Assembly (NCBI GenBank): GCA_965213705.1
Contig: OZ243913.1
Location: 192,001-256,000, forward strand
Source of the DNA: Trueperaceae bacterium
GTDB lineage: Bacteria > Deinococcota > Deinococci > Deinococcales > Trueperaceae
Direction of reading: 5' to 3'
Length of the DNA: 64,000 nt
Under the pieces are notes generated by a model. It did no database searches, was not told the DNA's origin, and saw only the letters and a list, made by a program, of their open reading frames with translations. Position 1 is the stretch's first letter. Each line of letters opens with the position of its first letter. A program made the position numbers and the translations under genes. Shown here in pieces: positions 13,953 through 23,235 of this stretch.

Positions 13953-16784
13953 ATGACGTTCCTGGAAGAAGGCGCGCGCCGCGCAGCTCCGCGCAGTTCC
14001 CGCGGCGAGCGCGGCTGGGTCGGCAACGTACCCCAGGGCCATGAAGGCTACCGCCGAATTTTCGAGAACGCCACCGAAGGCATTTACCGCTCGAGCCCCG
14101 ACGGCACCCAGGTGCGCGCCAACCCCGCGCTCGTCAAACTCAACGGCTACGAGACCGAAGCGGCGATGCTCGAGCAGGTCAACAGCATCGCTCGTGAGTG
14201 GTACGTCGAGCCCGAACGCCGCGCCGAGTTCCAGCGGCTGCTCATGGCGCAGGGCCGGGTCGAAAACTTCGAGTCGGAAATTTACCGCCACAAAACCCGG
14301 GAACGCATCTGGGTGTCGGAAAACGCCTGGCTCGTGCGCGACGCCTTAGGGGAAGTGCTGTACTACGAGGGCACCGTCGAGGACATCACGGTTCGCAAGC
14401 GCTTCGAAATTTTCCGGGACGTGCTGATGGAGTTCGTCGAAGACACGCTGCAGCGCGGCCTCGACCAAAGCTTTTACCAGCGGCTTTTGGAGCGCACCGT
14501 CAGCACCGTGCCCGACGCCCAGGCCGGGTCGATTCTACTCAAAGACCCCCAGGGCTGCTTTTGTTTCGTGGCGGCGGTCAACTTTGACTTGGCGGGGTTG
14601 CAAAAGCTCGTTTTCTACCCGCACGAGTTCCTTATCGACCTGGGAAACCTAGACCCGCAGCGCGTCTACGACTACAACAGCGCGCCGCTGCCCGAAGCGG
14701 AGCGCCAGCACATTTTGGAAACCGCGGGCCGCGTCAACGACCTCAAAACCTCGCTGTCGGTGCCGATTGCTTTAGACGGCGAGGTCATCGCTTTTTTGCA
14801 CCTCAACAACTTTGAAAACAAAAACGCCTTCAGCAACGACGACTTGGACCTCACCAAGCTGTTCGCCCGGCAGGTCGCGGCGCTCCTCAAGCGGCTCAAA
14901 CTGGAAACCGAACTGCGCACGCGCCAGAGTGAGCTGGAGCGCTGGGCGACCTTTCGCAGCGAACTCAACCACTTTATGGTCGAAACTTTGGAGCAAGGCT
15001 TCAGCGATACTTTTTACCAGCGCTTGCTGGACCACGCCGCGCGGGCCATTCCCGGCGCCGAGGCGGGCAGCATCCTGGTCAAAAACGCTCACGGCGACTA
15101 CGAGTTCGTCGCCACGCTGAACTACGACCTAGAGGCGCTGCGCAAGGTGACTTTCAAACCTCACGAACTCATCGAAGCAGCCTCCGACAAACCGCTCGTC
15201 GCGGACAACTTGGCCGAACACTGCGACGAGGTGTTTGCCGACGAACGCCTCGCCATCCTCATCGAGGTCGGGCGGTTGAACGACATCAAGTCGTTTTTGT
15301 CCTTGCCGGTCGTGGTCGGCGGCGAGGTGGTCGCCGCGCTCAACTTGGACGCTTTTTCGCTGCACGCCTTCAGCGAGGAAGCCACCCTCATGGCCGACAC
15401 CTTCGCCACGCAAATCGGCGTCGTGCTGCAGCGCTTGAGGCTCGAGGAAACGCTCGCCGCCACCAACCGCAAACTCGCCAAGCTCGCCAACTTCGACCCC
15501 CTGACCGGTCTGCCCAACCGCGCGCTCTTTACCGACCGGCTGGGGCAAGCGCTGCTCAAGGCCGAACGCCACAAAAGCGGCGTCGGCTTGCTGTTCCTGG
15601 ACTTGGACGGCTTCAAACTCGTCAACGACAGTTTGGGCCACAGCGTCGGCGACACGCTGCTCGGGGCGGTGGGTGACCGCCTGAAAAGCTGTATCCGCGA
15701 AGGCGACACGGTGGCGCGCTTGGGCGGCGACGAGTTCACCCTCGTCTTGAACACTTTGGCAAACGCCGAGGACGCCGCCCTGGTCGCTCAAAAAGTCCTG
15801 GACACGCTGAGCGCGCCTTTTTGTTTGAACGGGCGAGCCGTTCACGTCGGCGCGAGCATCGGCATCACCACCTATCCCCAGGACGGGGCCGACGTCGAGC
15901 ACCTGGTCAAACACGCCGACACCGCGATGTACCACGCCAAACACCTGGGCAAAAACCGTTACCACTTTTTTACGCCGGAGCTGAACAGCCGCGTTTTGGA
16001 GCAACTGCACTTGGAGGGCGACCTGCGCCGCGCGCTCGACACAGGCGACATCAGCCTGGCTTACCAGTCCCGCGTTCACCTGGCGTCGGGGCGGATGACG
16101 AGCGTCGAGGCTTTGGCGAGGTGGAACCACCCGGAGCGCGGACCCGTCTCACCGGCGGTTTTTATCCCGCTGGCCGAGCGCACCGGTTTGATTCACAAAC
16201 TCGGGCGGCTCGTGCTGGTGCAGGCGTGTCGACAAGCGCGCGCGTGGCAACAAGCGGGCAAGTCGGTGCGCGTGGCGGTAAACTTGTCGGTCAAACAGTT
16301 GCAGCAAGAAAACATCGTCGCCGACGTCGCGGCCGTTCTGGCCGAGACCGGTCTGCCGGCGGGACTGCTCGAGCTGGAAATCACCGAAAGCGCCGCCATG
16401 AACGACGTCGAGACGAACATCGACACCTTGACCCGGTTGCGAAACATGGGTGTGTACCTGTCCGTCGACGACTTTGGCACGGCGTACTCGTCCCTAAACT
16501 ACCTCAAACGCTTGCCCATCAACAGCCTCAAAATAGACCAGTCTTTCGTCCGCGACATCGGCGTCAACGCGGCCGACGCGGCTATCGTGCGGGCGGTCGT
16601 GGCGCTCGGCAAAAGCATGAACTTCACCCTCATCGCCGAAGGCGTGGAAACCGAACACCAGCTCACTTTTCTGCGCGACCTGGCTTGTGACGAGGCCCAG
16701 GGCTACTTGTTCAGCCGCCCGAAACCCGCCGAGGACTTCGCCGCCGACCGCAAAGCGCTGGGGTTGGAAACCGCCTGGCGCTGA
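13953..16784 (+). CDS. PAS-GAF-GAF-GGDEF-EAL c-di-GMP enzyme
   Basis: PAS (YRRIFENATEGIY..YYEGTVEDIT), two paralogous GAF blocks (FYQRLL..AGSIL), LGGDEF, EALARW, DDFGTAYSSL. Start uncertain. Confidence 0.9.
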   Translation: MTFLEEGARRAAPRSSRGERGWVGNVPQGHEGYRRIFENATEGIYRSSPDGTQVRANPALVKLNGYETEAAMLEQVNSIAREWYVEPERRAEFQRLLMAQGRVENFESEIYRHKTRERIWVSENAWLVRDALGEVLYYEGTVEDITVRKRFEIFRDVLMEFVEDTLQRGLDQSFYQRLLERTVSTVPDAQAGSILLKDPQGCFCFVAAVNFDLAGLQKLVFYPHEFLIDLGNLDPQRVYDYNSAPLPEAERQHILETAGRVNDLKTSLSVPIALDGEVIAFLHLNNFENKNAFSNDDLDLTKLFARQVAALLKRLKLETELRTRQSELERWATFRSELNHFMVETLEQGFSDTFYQRLLDHAARAIPGAEAGSILVKNAHGDYEFVATLNYDLEALRKVTFKPHELIEAASDKPLVADNLAEHCDEVFADERLAILIEVGRLNDIKSFLSLPVVVGGEVVAALNLDAFSLHAFSEEATLMADTFATQIGVVLQRLRLEETLAATNRKLAKLANFDPLTGLPNRALFTDRLGQALLKAERHKSGVGLLFLDLDGFKLVNDSLGHSVGDTLLGAVGDRLKSCIREGDTVARLGGDEFTLVLNTLANAEDAALVAQKVLDTLSAPFCLNGRAVHVGASIGITTYPQDGADVEHLVKHADTAMYHAKHLGKNRYHFFTPELNSRVLEQLHLEGDLRRALDTGDISLAYQSRVHLASGRMTSVEALARWNHPERGPVSPAVFIPLAERTGLIHKLGRLVLVQACRQARAWQQAGKSVRVAVNLSVKQLQQENIVADVAAVLAETGLPAGLLELEITESAAMNDVETNIDTLTRLRNMGVYLSVDDFGTAYSSLNYLKRLPINSLKIDQSFVRDIGVNAADAAIVRAVVALGKSMNFTLIAEGVETEHQLTFLRDLACDEAQGYLFSRPKPAEDFAADRKALGLETAWR

Positions 16785-16810
16785 GCTTTTTTCAAAGAGC
16801 CTCCGGGTGA

Positions 16811-16839
16811 GTAGGGGCGGGTTTTAAACCCGCCCCTAC
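16811..16839. repeat. GTAG-type REP palindrome
   Basis: GTAGGGGCGGGTTT-T-AAACCCGCCCCTAC inverted repeat just downstream of a stop codon. Confidence 0.8.
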
Positions 16840-16908
16840 GGCGCACCGAAAAAGGGCACTCAGAACCGCAATTTTCGAGCCGTGTCCAGTTTGGATTCTC
16901 GAGGCTTC

Positions 16909-17043
16909 ATACGGATTCTGATCGATTTGTTTGCAAGCGAATCAATCCGAGCGTGGCGAGGAGGAACAGAGACACGGACTCGAGCGGTACGGAATAGCGC
17001 CGAACGTTTTTCTCGGCGCTATGGAATTTAGCGGAATCCGTAT
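16909..17043. mobile_element. 135-bp MITE-like small repeat resembling Deinococcus SRE/SNR elements
   Basis: Terminal inverted repeats ATACGGATTC / GAATCCGTAT and internal hairpins (GATTTGTTTGCAAGCGAATC; ATAGCGCCGA..TCGGCGCTAT). Family resemblance is from memory. Confidence 0.7.
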
Positions 17044-18134
17044 CAATCAGCCAACAGACCCCGCCGCTGCGCCGCCGCCAACAAGGTCACGCTGCGCGAG
17101 TAGTCCCGTACGCCCGCCGCGACGCCCTGCGTTTTTAGGTAGCGGTCGTAGGTGCGGCGCTGCCAGGCGCTTAAAAACGCAGGCGGCCGGTAGCGCTGAA
17201 AGGGTGCGGACAGCGCCGCCAAGTCTTGCCGGGCAACCTCGGGCAGGGCGGCGTAAGCGGCGGTTCGCACTTCTCGGGGCACCTGCGCGGCCACGCCCTG
17301 CCACACCCGCAGCGCGACCGCGTAGCGCGCGAACGTGTCTCCCGCGCGCAGACCGGCCACCGTGGAGACAAAGTCCGCGTCCGCCTCGCCCGCGTAACCG
17401 GCGACGTGGGCGAGTTCGTGCGCGCCCACCGCGACGCGGCCCCACGCGGGCAGCGCGCCGTCCACGTGCGGTTCTAAAGTCAGCGGCGAGGCGATGCCCG
17501 ACGCGCCGCCCGACAAGATGAGCAGGCCCGGCCAGGTGCGTTTGACCCGCGCAGGTAACGTCGGGGTGACCTGGGTCGTCTCGAGCACGACTCCCTGCAA
17601 CGCTTCTCGCACCGCCCTCAGCGCCGCGGCCTCGTCCCTGGGCGCGGCGGCACCAGTTTGAACGACCCGCGTCAGCTTGGCTAAAAGAGCTTCCAAATCG
17701 GCCTGCGTTACGGCCTCGTCCTGCAACCCGAACTGCGTCTCGACCGACGCCCGGCGGTAGTTCGCGCCCCACAGGACGACAAACAGCAGAAAAACCGCCG
17801 CCAAACCGACGGCGGTGCGCCACAGCGTTTGCACAAACCAGCGCGGCGCGTTTTTCTTGCGCCGCCAGCTCACACCCAAACTCAGCAACCACACGAGCGG
17901 CAAAAAGACGACGAGCATTGCGCCCAGCGACACCGGCACGCTGTTCGTGACGGGCACGACGACGCCCGCCAGCGCCGGGTAGAGGCCGCGGCTGTACCAG
18001 CTTTCGACTCGTTCCGGGCCGGGGCTCCACACCAGCCACAACAAGGCTAAAGCGATAGCGCCGCCCCCCAGCACGAAGGGGAGAAATTGCAAGCCTCTCC
18101 CCTTTTGCGTTTTGGAACGGACTCGAGCCGACAC
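17043..18134 (-). CDS. DUF3810-like membrane protein, putative zinc peptidase
   Basis: VESWYSRGLYP, LWGANYRR, HELAH..GYAGEADADF motifs. Leaderless TAAACT-7nt-GTG. Confidence 0.75.
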   Translation of the reverse strand: MSARVRSKTQKGRGLQFLPFVLGGGAIALALLWLVWSPGPERVESWYSRGLYPALAGVVVPVTNSVPVSLGAMLVVFLPLVWLLSLGVSWRRKKNAPRWFVQTLWRTAVGLAAVFLLFVVLWGANYRRASVETQFGLQDEAVTQADLEALLAKLTRVVQTGAAAPRDEAAALRAVREALQGVVLETTQVTPTLPARVKRTWPGLLILSGGASGIASPLTLEPHVDGALPAWGRVAVGAHELAHVAGYAGEADADFVSTVAGLRAGDTFARYAVALRVWQGVAAQVPREVRTAAYAALPEVARQDLAALSAPFQRYRPPAFLSAWQRRTYDRYLKTQGVAAGVRDYSRSVTLLAAAQRRGLLAD

Positions 18135-18144
18135 GCCCTGAAGT

Positions 18145-19203
18145 TTAGCGTATCCCTTTTTGCGCCAAGTAATCTTTGAGCGCGTCCACCCCCGCCTGCC
18201 ACACCGTTTCCGACAAGTAAGGCTTGAAGCCGAGCGCGCGGTTGATTTTGAGCATCGGCACGTTCTCGTCGGCGTTGCCGGTGCGGACGAACTTTACATC
18301 GGGGCGTTCGCTCAAGACTTTCGTGAGCATGGCCGCTTTCAACCACTTGCCGAGCCCGTGGCCGCGGTACTCGGGCAACACGCCGGTATCACCCTGGTAA
18401 AGCGTCTCGGGCGTTTCGGGGTCGATGAAGAGGGCGGTGTACCCGGCCAACTTGCCCGAGGCGTGCCGCGCGTAGAGCGTCCAGCGCTCGACGCCCTGCG
18501 CCGCCTGATACGCCTCCCGTTGGCGTAAGTGCTCGGGCGTGACGGTAAAGTCCTCAATCTCCAAGTCGCCCATCGGCGCGGTGTTCATGACCGTGTGCAA
18601 GTCGGCGATGGCCGCCAGTTCGTCCTCGGGGTAGGGACCCATCCACAAGCCAACCGTGAAGTCGCGTGCACTCTCCCGCGCACTTTCCTGCCAGTCGCGG
18701 AGAAGGTCGGGCGAGAGGTCGGCCAAAACGAGCCGGTTCGTGTGCGCTGTCAGCCCCGCTTTGGCCCCGACGTCCTCGGCGAAAGGAACCCCTGCGGGGG
18801 CGTTGGCGTGCGTAAAACTTATCAACAGGCTGCGGTCATTCGCCTCAGCGAGTTGGACGGCTTTCTCCAGGAGCGCCGTGCCGAGCCCGCGCCGCCGGTA
18901 AACGGGCAAGACGTTCAAATTGACGTCCATGAGGTGCCGGTTGTCCTCGCGGTGGGCAACGGTGGCGAACAGTTCGGCCACCACCTCACCCTCTCGGACG
19001 GCCTCCCAAACTTGAATATCGACGTCTTCAAAAACTTGCCAGCCCTTAGCGTTGTTGACCGTGGCCTGGAGCGTTCGCGGCGGGTCGTCCGGGTGGGCCT
19101 CGGCGCGAATCAGGTTTAGAAACGTGTGCCGCGCGGCAAAGTCGGCCTCGGTCGCCGTTTGCGGGTCGAAGCGGGTCAGGGTGTAGGTTTTGTCGAGAAT
19201 CAC
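18145..19203 (-). CDS. Tandem-domain GNAT acetyltransferase (array gene 6)
   Basis: Two acetyl-CoA motifs VLPVYRRRGLG and VLPEYRGHGLG, plus TGNADENVPMLKINRALGF. Confidence 0.9.
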   Translation of the reverse strand: MILDKTYTLTRFDPQTATEADFAARHTFLNLIRAEAHPDDPPRTLQATVNNAKGWQVFEDVDIQVWEAVREGEVVAELFATVAHREDNRHLMDVNLNVLPVYRRRGLGTALLEKAVQLAEANDRSLLISFTHANAPAGVPFAEDVGAKAGLTAHTNRLVLADLSPDLLRDWQESARESARDFTVGLWMGPYPEDELAAIADLHTVMNTAPMGDLEIEDFTVTPEHLRQREAYQAAQGVERWTLYARHASGKLAGYTALFIDPETPETLYQGDTGVLPEYRGHGLGKWLKAAMLTKVLSERPDVKFVRTGNADENVPMLKINRALGFKPYLSETVWQAGVDALKDYLAQKGIR

Positions 19204-20276
19204 AGGGTCACTCCTTTTTCGTCATGCTCAAAAGTGCGAGAGGGGTTCGCCAGCTTCGGCCGAACGTCGGCCACGTTCACTTGCCACACCGTGTGGGCGA
19301 TGTAAGGCCTAAAGCCCAAGCGGCGGTTGATGGACAGCATCGGCGCGTTCACGTCGGCGTTGCCGGTGCGAACCAGGGTAACTTGAGGGCGTTCGGCCAG
19401 GACTTTTAAGAGCATCGCCGCCTTGAGCCACTTGCCCAAACCGTGCCCGCGAAACTTCGGCTTGACCGCCGTACCCCACTGCCGCACGAGGGTCGGCATG
19501 TCCGCTTGCCAGGCGGTGGTGCTGAACCCGGCCAGTTCACCCGTGGCGCGGTGACGCACGTAGTATTCCCAGACTTCGGTGCCGGTTTTGGCGAGGTAAG
19601 CCTCGTCCTCGCGCAAGCGTTGCGGCGTGGCCTCGAAGTCCTCGATTTCCAAACTCCCGCGCGGCTCGGTGTTCATCACGTTCATCAGCTCGGCGATGGC
19701 CGCCAACTCGTCTTCGGGATAGGTGGCCGGCCACAAGCCTATTTCGAAGTCGGCGGCGCTCAAAGCCGCTTCCTCGCACCAGGTCTGCAGCAGCGAGCGG
19801 TCCAGGTCGGCCAAAACGAGCTGGTTCGTGTGGTTGGTGATGCCCATGCGCGCGCCGAGTTTGCCGGCGAACGCCTCACCCGCGGGCACGGTCGAACTCG
19901 AGTCGAACACGAGCAAGCTGCGCGCCTCCTGTTCGGCCAGCTTCACCTGTTCGGCCAGCAAGCTCCAGGCCAAACCCCGACGCCGGTATTCGGGCAAAAC
20001 GTAGATGTCGGGCTCGAGCAGGTGCCGGTTATCCGCCAGCGGCAGCCCCGCGACGGCTCTCGCGACCGGTTCCGCGCCGTCCCACAGCAGCTAATAGTGT
20101 TGCTTAAAGTCCGTAAACTCTGCTAGGCCCTCAAACGTCCGGCGGTGGTAGGCGGGGGTGAGCGGCGGGTCGTCCGGCAGTATTTCAGCGCGCAACTTGT
20201 TGACCAAGCGCGTGTAGGCCTCTAAGTCGGCGTCGCTTATCGTCTTCGTGTCCAATTTTTGCAGTCTGAGGTTCAT
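19200..20276 (-). pseudogene. Tandem-domain GNAT acetyltransferase (array gene 5) with a single in-frame TAG
   Basis: ORFs 20091-20276 and 19200-19997 are in the same frame (1077 nt total). Reading through TAG at 20091-20093 gives QHY*LLWDGAEPVARAVAGLPLADNRHLLEPDIYVLPEY, colinear with paralog 18145-19203. Confidence 0.8.
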
Positions 20277-20518
20277 GTTCGTCCTTGTCCGGCGCGGCGT
20301 TCGTTGCCGCGCTTGAAGTTGCCCGTGAGTTTCGCCATGAGCAGTTGCGCGTCCGTTTCAGAAGCGCCCCCTACGGCGGCGGTGAAACGTTCGGCCTCTC
20401 GCCCTTTCAAAATCTTTACCTGTTTGCCTTCGTAAGAAAGAAACACTTTGCCGTCTTTGCTCGTTCGGTAAGCGAAAGGTCGAGCGTCCAACCTCTCACG
20501 CTTGTCGGTGGTGCTCAT
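20273..20518 (-). CDS. Small basic hypothetical protein (81 aa) inside the GNAT operon
   Basis: ATGA overlaps on both sides. MSTTDKRERLDARPFAYRTSKDGKVFLSYEGK..QLLMAKLTGNFKRGNER. Confidence 0.75.
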   Translation of the reverse strand: MSTTDKRERLDARPFAYRTSKDGKVFLSYEGKQVKILKGREAERFTAAVGGASETDAQLLMAKLTGNFKRGNERRAGQGRT

Positions 20519-21405
20519 GCGGGTTCTTTCGTGAGGGTGTACTCGAGTTCCTCGAACACCTCGCGAAAACCCAAAGATTTGTAGAGGCGTTCGGCAGCCG
20601 GGTTGTCCCGGTCGTGGCACACTTTGGCGAGCGTCGCGCCGTGTTTTTGCATACGCCGCAAGCCCTCAGACAACATCAGCTTGCCCAGCCCTCGTCGGTA
20701 AAAGTCTGGATGAGTGCGCACCGGTTCGAAGACGCCGATTTTGTTCACCGCGTCCAGCCAAACAATGCACTCCGCCGCGAGGCGACCGTCCGGGGCTTGG
20801 ACGACGAGGTGCAAGTCCTGGCGGTAGAGGGGCGTCTCCCTGACTTTTTTCAGGGCGGCAGCTTTTTGATGAAGGACGGGGGTGCCGCCGTCGACCAAGT
20901 CCTCGTCACGAAGGCTGCGGACGCTGTACCCGGCGGGCGGCTCGAGCAGAGCGGGAGGGGATAGCTCGAGCATCGTCTGCACCATCGCCTTACCACTCAG
21001 CGCGAAACCCGCCTGTTCCGCCAACGTGCGCAACGTGCCGTGGCTGTCCCGAACGAAAACCGAACGGGTTCCGCCGTCACTCGCCATCCGTTTCAGACCG
21101 TCCAGGCCCCACCGAAACATCTCGCCGACAACTTCATGCCCGTCGCCCAAGCTCGGCAAAAACTCATAGTCGAAGGCGCGGTAGTCCGTCGAGAGCAACC
21201 CGAAGGCCAGCACTTTTTCCTCGTCTTCCCAGAACATTTGCTTGCCAGGCTCGCGGTAATCGCCGTCGCGCCACCACCAGTTGAGGTCGCCTGCGTCGTA
21301 AAGGCCCGCGTACTTGTCGTCTTGACGAAAAGCGGTCATGGCTTCGGTTACTTTTTCCAAGTAAACGCGGTCCGCGTAGCCGCGCTTGTTTATCACGGTC
21401 GGCAT
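20515..21405 (-). CDS. GNAT acetyltransferase (array gene 4)
   Basis: GGAGG RBS. FEPVRTHPDFYRRGLGK, NPAAERLYKSLGF. Confidence 0.9.
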   Translation of the reverse strand: MPTVINKRGYADRVYLEKVTEAMTAFRQDDKYAGLYDAGDLNWWWRDGDYREPGKQMFWEDEEKVLAFGLLSTDYRAFDYEFLPSLGDGHEVVGEMFRWGLDGLKRMASDGGTRSVFVRDSHGTLRTLAEQAGFALSGKAMVQTMLELSPPALLEPPAGYSVRSLRDEDLVDGGTPVLHQKAAALKKVRETPLYRQDLHLVVQAPDGRLAAECIVWLDAVNKIGVFEPVRTHPDFYRRGLGKLMLSEGLRRMQKHGATLAKVCHDRDNPAAERLYKSLGFREVFEELEYTLTKEPA

Positions 21406-21406
21406 G

Positions 21407-22351
21407 TCAGCCTCCAAGCTTTTTCACAAAGTCGATGTTGGCGGGCTGCTTTACGAAGCCGAGCCGTTCGTTGATAGCCAGCATGGATACGTTGTTCGAC
21501 TCGTTCCAGGTGTTGATTTCGGGCGCGCCGAAAGTTTTGGCGAACGCAACGCCTTTGAGCTTCAGCGCCAGCGCGACGCCCTTGCGCCGGTACGCCCGAA
21601 GGACGCCCGTCAAACCCGTGTGCAGGTGAGCGTCGGCCTTGGACACGAACAGTTCGCTCAGGCCCACGTACTCGTTCCCCGCAACCGCGACGAGGTAACC
21701 CTCCGGCACGAAGCGCTCGTCCTCCCAATGAAACGAAGCAAAGCGTTCGAAAGTGGGTCTGGTGTACTCGCCCGTCATCGGCACGTCCTGGTCGAGGGTG
21801 GTGTGGAGACTGTAGATTTTGCGGTCGCGGCCTGGGTCGTGGGCGAGGTCGGCGTAGGTTTTCACCTCGACGCCCTTTGCTTTCAGTGCGTCCTCGAGCC
21901 CCTCGAACGGTGCCACGTCAAAGGCCGCGACGTCCAAGCGCGACTCGAACGAACGCGCTTCTTCTTCGAAACCTCGAGCCTGTAAAAAGTGATTCTTGCG
22001 CGCCCAGTCCTCGCGCGAAAAGTCCCGCAGTTCGGTGGGTCTGTAGGACGCTACCTCACTCAGTAGACGCTCGAAAAGCGCCCTGCCGTGGCCTCTCCCC
22101 TGCTGCTCGGGCGGTACGACCGCACCCAGCCAGAACTTTTGCGGGTGAAAGCTGTCTTCGCTGTGCTGAAACGAGCCGTAGCCGACAGGGTTGCCGTTTT
22201 GCTCGAGCAGCCAGCGCTTCAAAACGAGGTGTTCGGGCCGCTTGGCGTCGTTGCGGCGCAGTTCGTCGGCGGTCGTCTTGTAGGGGTAGGCCGCGTTCCA
22301 GATGTGGGCGACGGTTTCGAAATCGTCTTCGGTAAAGGGTCGGATGTTCAT
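21407..22351 (-). CDS. Tandem-domain GNAT acetyltransferase (array gene 3)
   Basis: VPPEQQGRGHG and LTGVLRAYRRKGVALALK, NVSMLAINERLGF. Confidence 0.9.
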   Translation of the reverse strand: MNIRPFTEDDFETVAHIWNAAYPYKTTADELRRNDAKRPEHLVLKRWLLEQNGNPVGYGSFQHSEDSFHPQKFWLGAVVPPEQQGRGHGRALFERLLSEVASYRPTELRDFSREDWARKNHFLQARGFEEEARSFESRLDVAAFDVAPFEGLEDALKAKGVEVKTYADLAHDPGRDRKIYSLHTTLDQDVPMTGEYTRPTFERFASFHWEDERFVPEGYLVAVAGNEYVGLSELFVSKADAHLHTGLTGVLRAYRRKGVALALKLKGVAFAKTFGAPEINTWNESNNVSMLAINERLGFVKQPANIDFVKKLGG

Positions 22352-23235
22352 GGTTTCATTTCCTCAAGCTTTGAAACGGGTTTCTCGAACCAACTCTTCG
22401 ACCATTCGGTTTGAAACCCTACGGACGCGAACGTTTGAAGCGCGGCGTGGTTGGTACTCATCGTCGTCAGCGCCGCTCGGGTGACACCACGTTCTGCCAG
22501 GGCGGCAAAGGCGGTTTGGAGGAGGGCTCGAGCCAAGCCCGAACGCTGGTACTCGGGATGGGTGCAAACGGGGTCGGTGAAACCGAGGCCGTCCTCTATC
22601 ACGGTGATGCAACTTGCCGCCAATCTGCCATCCGGCGCGACCACCACGAGGTCAAAGGCCGGGTCATAGTCGGGGCGTTGCACGATGGCGCGGCGCTCTT
22701 GAAGCGTGAAAAAGTCCGTCCCGAAGGCGGCTCGGTGGAGGGCCACAGCCGCTTCGGTTTCGTCACCGTCAAGGGGGCGAATGTTGAAACCTTCCGGCAA
22801 GCTCGGCTTCTCGAGCTGAGTCAAGTTCCGCGTCAGCCGCAACGTCTTCTCCTCTTGTTCGACAAAACCGTGACGCTTTAGCAAGCCAACGCGTGCCGCG
22901 CTGTCGCTGGGACAGGCCGTGTCTAGGGTTAATGCTTTGTCAGACTCGAGACGCGCTTCGCCCCAGGCAAAAATGTCGGCTGCAAGCGCGTCCTCGTCAC
23001 CCGCTATATCGAAGTAGATGTTCCGGTAGCGCGTGTCCACGAGCGCGTAGGCACGGAGCCGCCCGTCTGCGCTCCGCCACAGGGCGGTGTTGCGGCGAAT
23101 GTCGGTTTGTGAGAGCAGTTCGCCCAAGTCGGCGGCGCTCGGATGGTCGTGAAGATATTTTTGGGGCCTCACCTCGGCCAGAAGTGCCTGCATTTTCTGC
23201 AAATCACGCTCATCTGCGTAGGGTTGTGAATTCAC
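22348..23235 (-). CDS. GNAT acetyltransferase (array gene 2)
   Basis: DPVCTHPEYQRSGLARALL, NHAALQTFASVGF. Confidence 0.9.
   Translation of the reverse strand: MNSQPYADERDLQKMQALLAEVRPQKYLHDHPSAADLGELLSQTDIRRNTALWRSADGRLRAYALVDTRYRNIYFDIAGDEDALAADIFAWGEARLESDKALTLDTACPSDSAARVGLLKRHGFVEQEEKTLRLTRNLTQLEKPSLPEGFNIRPLDGDETEAAVALHRAAFGTDFFTLQERRAIVQRPDYDPAFDLVVVAPDGRLAASCITVIEDGLGFTDPVCTHPEYQRSGLARALLQTAFAALAERGVTRAALTTMSTNHAALQTFASVGFQTEWSKSWFEKPVSKLEEMKP

Noticed and set aside
20091..20093. Pyrrolysine or genetic-code reassignment at the in-frame TAG
   Set aside because: TAG is used as a normal stop elsewhere (fabZ, argF, argJ, comZ-like), and no pyl genes are seen.
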